Source: a virus
IMG/VR virus record: IMGVR_UViG_3300020404_001578
Location: 64,001-128,000 of that record
Direction: 5' to 3' (one strand)
Length of the DNA: 64,000 nucleotides
The notes under the pieces are model-generated. The model saw nothing but the letters and a program-made list of their open reading frames with translations. It was not told where the DNA came from and did not search any database. The translations under genes were made by a program, and so were the position numbers. Positions within the stretch are counted from its first letter, which is position 1; each line of letters opens with the position of its first letter. This document shows positions 29,001-37,959 of the stretch, one piece after another.

Positions 29001-30627
29001 TGGTTTCAATGTCCTGCTTGTTTCGTACTGCAATGTAGGCATCGCCATATTGCCCTGCTTGAAGTAGTCCTTCTTGTCTTGCTGTGGCTGCTGCGCTAGT
29101 GAACATATACGGGTGGTGGGCGGTTCTGTCAGCCATGTGAAATATCTTACACAGTAAGTACAGGTCGCCTGCAATTGTTTGGAATTCTTCTTCTGTAATA
29201 CCTCTTCGTCCTACATCTGATTGTAATAGAAGTGAGATGTGGTCTGTCAAATTTTGAGATAGTCCAATTTCTGGTGCTATCTCTTCTCTAAACATCTCAG
29301 CACCGATTACTGAATGGTGTCTGTTATCTTCCTTTTCTCTACGCTTTGCAATGTCATGGTATAGCCCAAGCATCAATAGAACATCTGACCTAGTCCAACC
29401 TGCTTCTATTTCAGTGTCTAAGTATTCTCGTAGTTTAGCCCTGCTTTCCTTGCTTAATCCTTCCCAAGTGTAAAGTCGGTCTTTACCGTCGGCCTTTGGC
29501 AAGAAGTGATACTTGGTCCACCAATAGACGTACATAGTGTGAGCAAACTCATCTCCGCCGTAATGAATCCAATCATAGTCTAAGCCTTTCAACTCACCAA
29601 GGGCGGTTGAGATGTGACGGTCGTCCAACCCTATTCGCTTCGCTACTCCTAAAGGGGTACCACTCCCCGGATTTTTTAATGGGGTTTCTTTCTTGATATG
29701 TGAATGATACTTGATGTTCATAATATGCCCAAAGCGTTCATTCATTTCTGCGACCCATTTTCTAGTAACCTTCTCGCAGAACTTCTCGTCTGATATTGCA
29801 TCGCCCTTGTATTGTTCTTCAAGTTTTGATAGCATCGTATCTAAATCATCAATGAACTTACCTTCGTCCATTCGTAAGTAACTATTTCTTCCTTTATCTC
29901 CTTTGGTAGTTATCTCAAAGTGGTCTAAGCGATTAGCCATAATGGTGTAGTAATGTCTAATTCCCCACTTGTATGCAGCGTCAAGATACCATTGGATATC
30001 ATCGGCACTACTGAAAGATGGTTCATCCTTTGATGGGTGAGTGTGATACATTACCTTTGCATTCTCAACGTGTTTGTTGATTTTAACATAAGGCATGATT
30101 AAGGAACCTTTTCTATGGTAGATTTGTTTTCCCACTACCCATCCATAGGACTCTCCTCTTCTTGTGACAAACGACCATAGTTTGTTGCGGAATGAAGGCG
30201 AATGTAATTCTGTTATTGGATGTATACGGAACCATTTAGTTGGTTTCTTTACTGTCATTTTTCCTAATTCTTCTTCAAATGCTTCCACTGTTGTTGGGTT
30301 CTGGAAAGCAGTATCTCCAAAGAATCTACCATGTACTAGTGTTTGTACTGATGTTGGTGGATTGTTGCGCACATACTCTATCTTGGTTTCCTTTGTTGGA
30401 AACTCTACACTATGCTCTATACCGTCTACTTCAAACACTGCAACCTTTCCTAAGAACGGTTTTAGTGCCTGTAGTGCATATTGTTTCTGGATTTCATCAG
30501 AAAATAATACCGACCATGTCCCTTTGTTAGCATCAAAGTTAGATGATACTACATCAAACGACCCGTATACCTCTCCCGCCTTAGGAAAGCCAAAGACCAT
30601 TTCAATCGTCTTCTGACTCGGTTCCAT
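23059..30627 (-). CDS. Giant multidomain polyprotein (about 2520 aa) with NP-delimited enzyme modules
   Basis: Start MEPSQK at 30627 after GAGGAGGA. JAB (YHTHP...SSADD), two HD, guanylate-kinase-like, YbjQ-like, NTase-like, MazG-like, DUF5824-like, DUF3140-like and ART-like (YHGS...FATP) modules. Confidence 0.8.
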   Translation of the reverse strand: MEPSQKTIEMVFGFPKAGEVYGSFDVVSSNFDANKGTWSVLFSDEIQKQYALQALKPFLGKVAVFEVDGIEHSVEFPTKETKIEYVRNNPPTSVQTLVHGRFFGDTAFQNPTTVEAFEEELGKMTVKKPTKWFRIHPITELHSPSFRNKLWSFVTRRGESYGWVVGKQIYHRKGSLIMPYVKINKHVENAKVMYHTHPSKDEPSFSSADDIQWYLDAAYKWGIRHYYTIMANRLDHFEITTKGDKGRNSYLRMDEGKFIDDLDTMLSKLEEQYKGDAISDEKFCEKVTRKWVAEMNERFGHIMNIKYHSHIKKETPLKNPGSGTPLGVAKRIGLDDRHISTALGELKGLDYDWIHYGGDEFAHTMYVYWWTKYHFLPKADGKDRLYTWEGLSKESRAKLREYLDTEIEAGWTRSDVLLMLGLYHDIAKRREKEDNRHHSVIGAEMFREEIAPEIGLSQNLTDHISLLLQSDVGRRGITEEEFQTIAGDLYLLCKIFHMADRTAHHPYMFTSAAATARQEGLLQAGQYGDAYIAVRNKQDIETIEHILQHNVIPNPPPKMPYNVQYGASYEIAIDPDTAEMLFEDYDPRKIVGNDGKFGSNFRMSYGQGIYIRMPLKDGYIATATLGFAYPAKLNILGIPSREDYGVSAASEVYSRVGQVLAQVYDVKSDELLEPSSDTTSDNETTESPEADVLPAANVSFPVQPMINPKHCKKDVRGVVQQPSQSTIVIAGPMGSGRREVAKELGRHGYQICPMHTTQPSPVGRVPNRDSVDHDKESFMQLVKADQMPYWTMDEKGHCYGYTKEQLQAPKTVMYTSPTMALRMKDSLPHLHIVYLQNNQSPQQHEMKLSSRSGITPRQAKAASKFAYHQKRKASQFDTVIPVDDDDYMNAAMVLNNSNFFPGEAVNKYPWLKSADLISQTVPISKLNPPIKVVRRDKTEDGTSHFYNADTDEDITGKSFDGATLDTNKDVYVVGDPTPIPKGRERFAGGLHYFNIAKWGDRKIIQYSRDSQGFDSIYVERVEIDGVVYLNSAPFNFREPSAHVMVRGRAEVDWESAKLVTGGEITDFDNNSKSHGEPDTVVKSVKIKPRERGPRYRVNPRIPKKYEGQDPSEHSDLYTDEDPRGTIQGLGFKDKETAERSVNIIKRSGKTHAHKIQAAMAMEQRARFHPNATSGIKAAQKVYANFIEEMKKKTKARRNPQFNIEGMQFFTTVPTMKHTNLGAVSAEIEVDRNIPKELVGNVKDIFLGLVEDYEKKTDKRTALAIAFAIDELTEETKRRGGNGVMNFTVETGGSLGLPIVEFNKTIPAVIIVTGDAIKLKKAKRNPSENLTPTATEIREALDIFGEQQGLDANKAMLIAGAALYMHGLKPIMNDVDAIIPGKPDISEGYVNGLELDIGGGPDFTAEMLDYEVKEGVRYQSLSAILAFYKMLNREKDQVWIEKLSKMLNKPRLKRNASYSIQSDFEAMINRAYLARTKEITGEDPTFNGRVWWNEQIPQIEERYGTEPLNYTWLHPIKDPDFDPSDKSKEFDENGDVLPIHFLNQLKRIPLTKQPTPERIMQIALNIGQGLASGSVERRYSFDEFLAANNPHHCPVETEARRAATDPSFKHHEWYIEHHLDYVKAIVHSLKPNAGTDEMEVFNDMVWMHDYPKMLGDKDNFELVRNLVSKHKGKAYADELVQYIDDMERIKSPDWNGQTTMYGAVMSTADALAHYYGPFWQIYMDENKDKDLDFLKKSNAAKLEKDKNKLRAGPKRDALDSVKFQYKGRKVRVVGNEHIAELIEKKNPPLTFEELIPVVFEISEDRQYTLFNRLIKLMEESGEIAEEVLIKEGFKPYKEPGKDGVEGEITDAIIVLLMAFERNGGTPDELKDLLYKSISKGGLKLKRNPSKTPEGRKIPKRYLKGLNKEEMLIAAKEIDKGYKYDINDPKAYEYWKSDIKATARGYKTVPSKYKRKFIQMYGPLPKGGKFLTKIAKATGIKKSILQKVYNKGLAAWRGGHRPGVQQHQWAAGRVYSFVTLGNTVKKGNKKMPDYQLAIDAGLIKANPRKGNKPTLEEFRQWVDQVNMKNKEIKAFMESDWFDVAGLTPEEAGEQGIFSGQDSLRRIIRMRKKLGLTGPKDYIKPGPQTTKRYYELALEKWTGLDSSVPIKEDTTDWGWMLRQNRFNGRAAAYPYNKAAEYRRGPLVKKQKTQNKPSRKLLSLWVWGHDPWRWARKNGIANMPKCADVPWVGMTEKRKYGKVPVLMSPTVKKNPELAIPPFGLAFVPQTEVKGILKEGIKAQDGVVPLIYPFPNWKGKILPALYEKVKETPMKDIALLKINHPLSQGMKADSNIAYYHKGSVKPSQIENIVKWWDSIDFESGQITDTKEYREWMDASGIELILTIKQNPIGRKVMYHGSSVPNINRLQQNYNHLVGREVVFATPNYEYALAMAIDSTNDDLEIGYINGQFMIAEVYEGAFELLKEPSYIYEIKANGFHQHPRLPEMEYIIEASMPVLKSKRVPNTYKELKRIGTTFIPYGSPELR

Positions 30628-33600
30628 CGTCGTCGTCCTCCTCTTCAAGGTCCCCAAACAGCGAAGGACCATACAGGCTTGAGAAAGCCGAGGTCAATGT
30701 AACACTTGAGGTCTGCGGTGAAAATGACTGTTTAATCATATTGATTTCGTCGTCAGTATAACCTAGTTCTCTTTCCATTTGCCTTAGTTTTCTTGCTTTC
30801 TCTAATGCTTCATATTCCCATGTAGGATACTTTGATTGAATAATGGCATCAACATTTGCCGGCCCTTCTTTCTGTTGAGTTTCATTGTAAAACATTTCAT
30901 ACGCATCAATACGTTGTTCCCAATCAGGTGTTACGAATGCGGGGTTGATTGCAATATTGCCGTCAAGTACTTCTAGTAACTTACGTTTCTCGGCTTTAGT
31001 TAGTGGTGATTCTTTGCTTGCATCTTTTACATCAATATCCATTTGGTCAATGTTTTCATACCATTTATTAAAAAATTCTTCAGGCTCTAATTGTTCAGTT
31101 GGCTTGCCTGCATCAAACGCCACTCTTACACCTAAGGCATAATCTCTGGCTGCTTGTTCTTTATCTTCGTGGTATAGCCCCTTTTCAATATCATACCAAG
31201 ACTTAGGTACAGTGTAGTCTTTGTCATATTGCGGTAATAACTTCGCTGCATCTTGACCTTCGCCAAAGTCGTCATAAATTGCAGTGGCAAATACACCTTG
31301 CGGTAATAGTGATGCATCTAAGTAGACCTTTTTGCCCCTAATTTGCACTGGACTTGGTGTTTGGTATCCTCCGCTTTGGCCTCTTGCTTGTGTACCGAAT
31401 AAGTACAACTTTTGGTCGCCCGGTGGTTTGTCAAAGCCGTATGCACGTTTGTAAGCCAAATCAAACTCCTGTTCAATTTTCAAGAACTTGTCATCAGCAG
31501 GTGTTCCTCCTCTCACCATACGCTTTGGTTCATATCCATAGAATGCAGGGTTCTTTATGGCTTCAATTTGTGGGTAATCACCTTTCCATTGTACGCTATA
31601 CAATGGTAGTGGTAGCGTCCTGTATTCATACTGGAAGTACTTTGATTTTTGATTAACCTCTTTAATTACCATCGCTGATAAATCAAATGGAGTAAAAGCA
31701 TAATTATGATGGACTAAGTAATTGTAGGCTCTACGTCGCATACTTGTTTTCTCACTATAAGCATCCCTGCAAATTTGTGCGTGTTCTTTGAATGCTTTAC
31801 GTATCTGTTTATCAATTTTCGTTAATGCTTTTTTGTCTTCCTTTTTGAATGCCTTAACCCAAGCCTTGAGGAGTTTTATCATAGGCTTTTGTGGTACTGT
31901 TCTAATGCATTCAAAGCCGTATTGTTCTACGATAACGTGCCAATCAATATTATATGAAAACGAAACCATAGACATTGCTATCATATCAGCCGAACTCATA
32001 AACCCTAACTCTGTACGGAATAGCCTGCTATATGGGTGAGTGTGAAACATGAAGTCGCAATCCAACATATCTGGGTGGAATTCGTAGTTTACTGCGCCTC
32101 TAACGTGAGAACTACCGTAGTGTATTTCATTGTCTTTGACAAACCCAACAAACTCTCTTCTTCGGTCCATTAAGTTGTACAATTTTCTCCACATATCAAT
32201 AGGGGCTTGGAATTTACGTTTTTTGTGTACATCTCCTACAAATGACCTAGTAACTAATTCTTCAATGGACATTTTCACCGCTATCATCTTTTTGTCAGCA
32301 CTTCTTGGTGACAATACCAATTCTTGTTCAAGGTTAGCCAAGTAATCAAGTGGTAGTTGAATGTGGTCTGGTTCTGGTGCAGGGTTTGGTCTTGCACCTA
32401 TCTTGAAGCCTCCTGCTGCTTCTCCTTGTTCATGGTTAGCATCTAAGTAATTCAATGCATTCTTATCATCACGAACACCGACTATTCTTGCACTACGCAT
32501 TCTTCGGGAAAATACTGGTTTATCTATGAGGATAACTTGTGTTTTTGCTGCTTTACCTTTGCCTTTCTGTTGCCTTCTATAGACTGAGAATGTTCCTTTT
32601 CTTTCTGGTAAAAGAGTTTCATATTGGACTTCTACAACAGTTGTAGGCTCAACAAAAATCACATCTTCTAATCCCGTTGTGGTTTCTTTCTCTTCAGTTG
32701 CCTTTTCTATAGATTGTTGGATAGGAATAATGTTTGCATTATCTTCTCCTAAGACTTGCTCAGTTAAGCGCATACGTTCTTCATCAGTGATGCCTGTAGT
32801 TCCTACACGTCCTAGACTTACGTAAGTAGTTCCATAGTTAGGTCGTTTCTTCATTACTGCGACATAAGCGGAGCCTATTCCTTTACCGTCAATCCATCGC
32901 TTACTTGTTTTGTCAATACCTATGATTACTGCATCAACGGTAAACTTTCTTTTCACCTTAATGCGACTGTCTTTGGTGTAAACAACCATACCCTCATGTC
33001 CGTCGGCTACTGTTATCTGTTCCCATAGAGAATCAAAGCGTTGATTGAAAGGAGTTACCAAGTGATAGTACTCAACTGGGAATATCCGGAATGTTCCAAA
33101 TTCTTTCAGGATATCGTGCTTTTCTCGGAAGTCCATTTCCGGTGCAAACTCTTTTCCATCCAATTTTATCAAATCATGTGTAGCAAACCTAAGTTTGCTG
33201 AACATTTTGACGTTTTGTGTGGCCTGACCTTTACCGTACTCACCCTTAGCAGACTCCACGGTTTCTTCTCCCCCAGTAAGGGTAGTTTCTTTTCTGTTGA
33301 TTACAGCAGTGACTCCTGCGGGTCCTGCGACTTTACCAAAGTCGTCGTATGCAATCATTTCACCAGTTATGATTGCTTCACGTAGTTTCATGCGTTTGCA
33401 CAGTGTTTCAAACTCACGTGTAATGTGGTTATCCCACATTACAATGCCTCCGCTAGTGACAAGCACTGTTGTTACTTCTTCTGTTGTTGATGTTTTTCTT
33501 CCTCTTCGGTCAAGTCTAGTAACCTTGCTTGCTATGCGTTTACCGCCTATCTTGAAACCACCTGTTGCCCTATAGTGAATGACTCCTAACCAACCGTCTA

Positions 33601-35083
33601 ATTTTGGTGTGACAATTAATTCTGGTTCTTCGGCCAATTCTGCTCTAGCCGTAGGGAAATCATACTCATGGAACTTGCTTCCTTTCTTCCACTTCTCGGC
33701 AATGAGAGTTGTTTCAAAGTCCTCAATCTTATCGGCTGAACGTAAGCATCTTGGTTCAATACCAAGTGTTCCTTTGCTTTCATATCCTCGTCCGATTTCT
33801 ACTTCACTAAACCATGCGTCTACTAACAATGAAAGACTAGAGAAGTTCTTCATTACGTTATCTGGGTGCGCATCTATAGATGGGTCAAATGTAGTTAGTT
33901 GAGCAAGCGGTACAGGCACCCTAACAAATCCTGTTCCTACATTGTCTGTAGGTCTGTACTGTGGTTTGTAATGCATACCAAAGAACATACCAAGCATTGA
34001 ATTCTTATCTTGGACACTCAAATCAATAAGTAACTGCTCTCGTATTTGCGCTTCTTCTATTGCTTTGGTTCCTCTTCCTACAACTACTTCTATTCCTTTT
34101 GCTAGTTGCTCAATGTAGGTATTAATTTCTTGGAAGGCGACGATATCTCCTAAGTGCTTTGTACCAAACCAGATTTGCCAAGAGTTTCCTGTAAACATGA
34201 TAATGTAAGGCACATCATCGTTTTCTAATTTGGTCGCTAAGGCTCTAATCTTGGTACGGATTCTTTTGTCTGGGAGATTGGCAGGATTGTCAATATCAAT
34301 ACAACCCATCTTCATATTTTGACCAGTTATTGAAGGAGTCCACCATAGACCACGAAATGAATCGCTACCTATTGCGATAACATCTTTGTATTCCTTTACA
34401 GACATAAACTCTGTAATATCATCATCGGAGTCTACTGTTGTATATGGTTCGCCCTTTGGTCTTGATACTAATGTAGACTTTCTGTTGTCTACTTTCTTGG
34501 CGTTGAATGAGAAGTAAACACTGGCAAGTGGGTGGTGCATTGTTTTCTCTAGCATAAACTGTCCTACACGGTCAAAGTATTCGCTATTCTTTTTGGATGT
34601 AAAAATTGCATCGCTTAGTGCTTTTTGGTATGCGGGTGTTTCTTGCATTTCTGCAATTGTAAGTTTGCTCCATTCTGTAGCATCAATTCCTTCTAATGCT
34701 GCATATTCAATAGCACGTTCTTCAATAGTAAACGGCGCAGGTTCCCAAACTCTGTTCCGTTCAGATGTACCTAAATCTCCGTAGATTTCCTTTGCATGGC
34801 CTATAAGTAGGTCCCGCATTTCAACAAATAGGTCTTGGTTGTTTATCCCATCTGTAATATCCAAGATACGCTCAGAGGTTAGTCTATCTAAACTAGAAAC
34901 ACCTTGTATCATTTGTGATGGTATTCCTGTCCCTATTGGCGGGTAATACCAGAATCGCTTAGTGATTGACTCCTTACAGAACAATTCAATGTCTTGTACA
35001 GATGGTGGGTATTTACCTTCGGCTTCTAGTATACGAATGAACTTATCAAATTCACGGTAAACGAATTTGTAGTCCCTATCCAT
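30602..35083 (-). CDS. LigD-like fusion: AEP primase-polymerase + ATP-dependent DNA ligase + JAB + unknown modules
   Basis: CIDID (AEP motif I); ligase motifs PKLDG, ITGE, FATHDLI and HEGMVV; OB domain (VEVQY...VRDDK); FHTHP...SSADM. Confidence 0.8.
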   Translation of the reverse strand: MDRDYKFVYREFDKFIRILEAEGKYPPSVQDIELFCKESITKRFWYYPPIGTGIPSQMIQGVSSLDRLTSERILDITDGINNQDLFVEMRDLLIGHAKEIYGDLGTSERNRVWEPAPFTIEERAIEYAALEGIDATEWSKLTIAEMQETPAYQKALSDAIFTSKKNSEYFDRVGQFMLEKTMHHPLASVYFSFNAKKVDNRKSTLVSRPKGEPYTTVDSDDDITEFMSVKEYKDVIAIGSDSFRGLWWTPSITGQNMKMGCIDIDNPANLPDKRIRTKIRALATKLENDDVPYIIMFTGNSWQIWFGTKHLGDIVAFQEINTYIEQLAKGIEVVVGRGTKAIEEAQIREQLLIDLSVQDKNSMLGMFFGMHYKPQYRPTDNVGTGFVRVPVPLAQLTTFDPSIDAHPDNVMKNFSSLSLLVDAWFSEVEIGRGYESKGTLGIEPRCLRSADKIEDFETTLIAEKWKKGSKFHEYDFPTARAELAEEPELIVTPKLDGWLGVIHYRATGGFKIGGKRIASKVTRLDRRGRKTSTTEEVTTVLVTSGGIVMWDNHITREFETLCKRMKLREAIITGEMIAYDDFGKVAGPAGVTAVINRKETTLTGGEETVESAKGEYGKGQATQNVKMFSKLRFATHDLIKLDGKEFAPEMDFREKHDILKEFGTFRIFPVEYYHLVTPFNQRFDSLWEQITVADGHEGMVVYTKDSRIKVKRKFTVDAVIIGIDKTSKRWIDGKGIGSAYVAVMKKRPNYGTTYVSLGRVGTTGITDEERMRLTEQVLGEDNANIIPIQQSIEKATEEKETTTGLEDVIFVEPTTVVEVQYETLLPERKGTFSVYRRQQKGKGKAAKTQVILIDKPVFSRRMRSARIVGVRDDKNALNYLDANHEQGEAAGGFKIGARPNPAPEPDHIQLPLDYLANLEQELVLSPRSADKKMIAVKMSIEELVTRSFVGDVHKKRKFQAPIDMWRKLYNLMDRRREFVGFVKDNEIHYGSSHVRGAVNYEFHPDMLDCDFMFHTHPYSRLFRTELGFMSSADMIAMSMVSFSYNIDWHVIVEQYGFECIRTVPQKPMIKLLKAWVKAFKKEDKKALTKIDKQIRKAFKEHAQICRDAYSEKTSMRRRAYNYLVHHNYAFTPFDLSAMVIKEVNQKSKYFQYEYRTLPLPLYSVQWKGDYPQIEAIKNPAFYGYEPKRMVRGGTPADDKFLKIEQEFDLAYKRAYGFDKPPGDQKLYLFGTQARGQSGGYQTPSPVQIRGKKVYLDASLLPQGVFATAIYDDFGEGQDAAKLLPQYDKDYTVPKSWYDIEKGLYHEDKEQAARDYALGVRVAFDAGKPTEQLEPEEFFNKWYENIDQMDIDVKDASKESPLTKAEKRKLLEVLDGNIAINPAFVTPDWEQRIDAYEMFYNETQQKEGPANVDAIIQSKYPTWEYEALEKARKLRQMERELGYTDDEINMIKQSFSPQTSSVTLTSAFSSLYGPSLFGDLEEEDDDDGTESEDD

Positions 35084-35085
35084 AA

Positions 35086-37959
35086 TTACAACCCCGGTCT
35101 ACGTACTACTTGCTCAGGTCTTATTTGGCGTGGAGATATATCTGTAATTGCTGCAACAATTGGTTCTCCAGATTGACTACCTCTTGGTCCTCGCATTTGC
35201 TGACGCATCATTTCCTTTGCTTCTTCATCAAATACCATTGCACTATATTCGCCTCGTACATTTGCAGGTATATCTGCAAAGGAGCGCATAATGTAGAGCA
35301 ATGTTTGGTATGCAGGGAAGTACCTACGGCCAAGAATCTTAGCCTTGGAGTCTTGGTGTAATCTTTCAACAAAATAGCGTTGTAGTGTTGGTATATCGCT
35401 AATCATATTGATTCTAATCTTGTCAAGTGCTGCGGAAAGCCTTCCTAAGAATGTGAATGAATTGAAGTAGGTTGTTTCAAGGAAGTTCATATAATCAATA
35501 AGTAGTTCACGTTGCTCCTCTTCGTTTACCGTTTCTCCGTACACTTCTGGGTCTTTGCGTAGGTTGGCAACCGTGAATGTTGTGGCCCAGTGTTCTGGCA
35601 CTAATGGGTATTGCATGGTAAGTTCTGAGCGATACTTGTCTACGGTATCAAGAAGTAGGTTCCACATAATATGCGGTTTCAAGTTTTCAGTAGATGCAAT
35701 AGACAATGCTTGTTGTTTAATTAGCATCCACATTGTTGGTAAAATTTTCTTGTTTGATTGGTTCTTGTTTTTACCGCCCTGTCCCTTGCGATTCTTTTTC
35801 TTTTTCTTACCTGCTTGTCTAGCGGTTTCAGCAACATATGCATTTTGCTGAGTTACGTATTCAATGAAAATATCACGCAGTAATGCACTATCTAGTTTGA
35901 GGAAGATGACTTCTGGTTTTACTCTTTCAAGTTGGTACTCTTGGTCTTCTTGTAGACCTGCAGGTGGAATATACATTTCCTGTACTAACACGTTGCCCTT
36001 TAGTTGTGGTCCTGCGGTTGTTAGTGTTGGCGAAAATTGTGATATGGAACTAGACAACCATTGTACTTCGGCACCTAGTAGGTCTTGAGAGTAGAACTTC
36101 TCCATGTTTAGTGTCCCTGTTCGCATACTTGCGTACTGTGTTGCTAACTGTCCTAGTGTAATCTCCAGTCTTTGCTCAACTAGGAATTCACCGATTGGTT
36201 TTGATGAACCTCCGCTACCTCCGCCTCCTCCAACAGGCGAGCGCAAATTTGGCTCCTTGTTTTTGCCTTGGAACCTACTGAACTTCTTGTATCCTACGAA
36301 GTTGGTAATAAGCGTAGCATATGTTTCAAATGTCATGTATACGTCCATTACAATGCGCATGAATACTTTGTGAAGGTTGTCAATCTTACCTCCTAAATTC
36401 TTTTCTCGCATTTCTTCTTCATCTAACTCTACTTCGCTATCTTCATCATATACTGTAAATTCATTACGTTCCAGCCATGTTACTGCATTTTCATCTGGGC
36501 TACCATCTAATAATGGGTGAAGCGGGAATATTGCTTCTCCGTTGTAATCTCCTTTGTAAATTCGTGAAACTTGATACCTATCTGCGGGTCCTACTCTCTC
36601 TACCTTACTGATGTAGAAAGTTTCCTCTGGGTCAAATTCTTCTTGTAATCCGAGTAGTTCCTCATCTTGATTGTCTGGTGGCCCGACTTGTAAATTATCA
36701 ACTTGTTGTTGAAACCTATTGCGTACGGCTTCTTTTAGTTTAACTGCTGTACCTTCACCGAATGCTGCACGGCCTGCATTAAGTAATTCTTTGATGAAGT
36801 ACTCTCCTGCCTTGAACATATTATCTCGCTGCGTTGCATTCTTTGCAATCCTAAAAATCACACTCGGCATTGCGACTCGTAAATCTGGTTCCTTGTTGTT
36901 ATTCCTGCTAACAATTGTCTGTCCTCCGCAAGCGTCAATGATATTCTGTTCGTCCGGGGTCATAGTGGCAACTTGCTCTAAGTACATCTGATAATCTGGA
37001 TGTGCGCAAATGTGTTTCGCCCATTCATAGAATAATCTTGGTGCGGTTTCAATACCTTCATTGTCTAAATCTCTAGCAATATTATTGATGTTTGATATCG
37101 GTTGATATTCAGTTTGTAGTTCGTTTGGTTCTCTATGTTGGAATTGGTACAGGTAGTCATATCTTTGTTGAGGTATATTGTCTACTATGTCGTCTATGAT
37201 GAAGTCTAATCTATTGCCTATGTAATTGGCCAGTTTTGTTAAGTCACCACTTACTAACATAGTGCCTAAACTGGGTAGAAAGAAGCGTGTTGCTTGTGTT
37301 CCTGCGTGGAGTTGTTTATTGGCCCAGTGGGACATTCTTGCCTCAATTTGTGTCCGTCGCCTACTTTGTTTGACAAATGGCCCTGACGCTGCTGCTTCAA
37401 ACCCAAAGAATCCGTTCAATTTGTCTAAGTATCGGCTCTCTACTCTTAGTCTGTTCGCAAGTCTATTCTCACGGTTTTCATTGGGTATAATACTTTGACG
37501 TTCAAGTGGGGCTCCATATTGTGTAGTTTTGAAACGCATAATAGGTAATGTTCTGAAACTTTGCCTAGCCCCTATTTGTACCAATGGCGACATTACTGTT
37601 TCAGTAGTGTCGTAATGTTCTTCAATTTGTTGAATATATTCGGCTAGTTCATCTTGGTCTGCTCTAGTCAAATCATTGGGGGTGAACGGAAATTCACCGG
37701 GGTCAATGTGTGGTCCCATTACTTGGCTTACTAGTAGTCTGTAATCGCCATAAACGTGGTAGTGAACTATGTCATCAAATGATAATTGACTGCGGTCGTC
37801 GGCGGCACCTACCCCTGAATAATCACGTAACATTGTGTAGTGAATTAACAAATACTCCTCAAGGTTCTTCGCAGCCTGTAGAGCCTTTTGTTTGGCGATA
37901 TTAATGTCGCCGCCTTTTGGGGCTGCTACGTGTGCTTGCGACTTGATTGCCATACTCAT
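35086..37959 (-). CDS. Large hypothetical protein
   Basis: 957 aa, no recognisable motif; Gly and Lys linkers. Confidence 0.75.
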   Translation of the reverse strand: MSMAIKSQAHVAAPKGGDINIAKQKALQAAKNLEEYLLIHYTMLRDYSGVGAADDRSQLSFDDIVHYHVYGDYRLLVSQVMGPHIDPGEFPFTPNDLTRADQDELAEYIQQIEEHYDTTETVMSPLVQIGARQSFRTLPIMRFKTTQYGAPLERQSIIPNENRENRLANRLRVESRYLDKLNGFFGFEAAASGPFVKQSRRRTQIEARMSHWANKQLHAGTQATRFFLPSLGTMLVSGDLTKLANYIGNRLDFIIDDIVDNIPQQRYDYLYQFQHREPNELQTEYQPISNINNIARDLDNEGIETAPRLFYEWAKHICAHPDYQMYLEQVATMTPDEQNIIDACGGQTIVSRNNNKEPDLRVAMPSVIFRIAKNATQRDNMFKAGEYFIKELLNAGRAAFGEGTAVKLKEAVRNRFQQQVDNLQVGPPDNQDEELLGLQEEFDPEETFYISKVERVGPADRYQVSRIYKGDYNGEAIFPLHPLLDGSPDENAVTWLERNEFTVYDEDSEVELDEEEMREKNLGGKIDNLHKVFMRIVMDVYMTFETYATLITNFVGYKKFSRFQGKNKEPNLRSPVGGGGGSGGSSKPIGEFLVEQRLEITLGQLATQYASMRTGTLNMEKFYSQDLLGAEVQWLSSSISQFSPTLTTAGPQLKGNVLVQEMYIPPAGLQEDQEYQLERVKPEVIFLKLDSALLRDIFIEYVTQQNAYVAETARQAGKKKKKNRKGQGGKNKNQSNKKILPTMWMLIKQQALSIASTENLKPHIMWNLLLDTVDKYRSELTMQYPLVPEHWATTFTVANLRKDPEVYGETVNEEEQRELLIDYMNFLETTYFNSFTFLGRLSAALDKIRINMISDIPTLQRYFVERLHQDSKAKILGRRYFPAYQTLLYIMRSFADIPANVRGEYSAMVFDEEAKEMMRQQMRGPRGSQSGEPIVAAITDISPRQIRPEQVVRRPGL

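Noticed and set aside
34280-34292. IDNP in the primase domain (and DQNP, DSNP in the papain domain) as module boundaries
   Set aside because: These lie inside catalytic domains, so not every NP is a boundary; treated as background.
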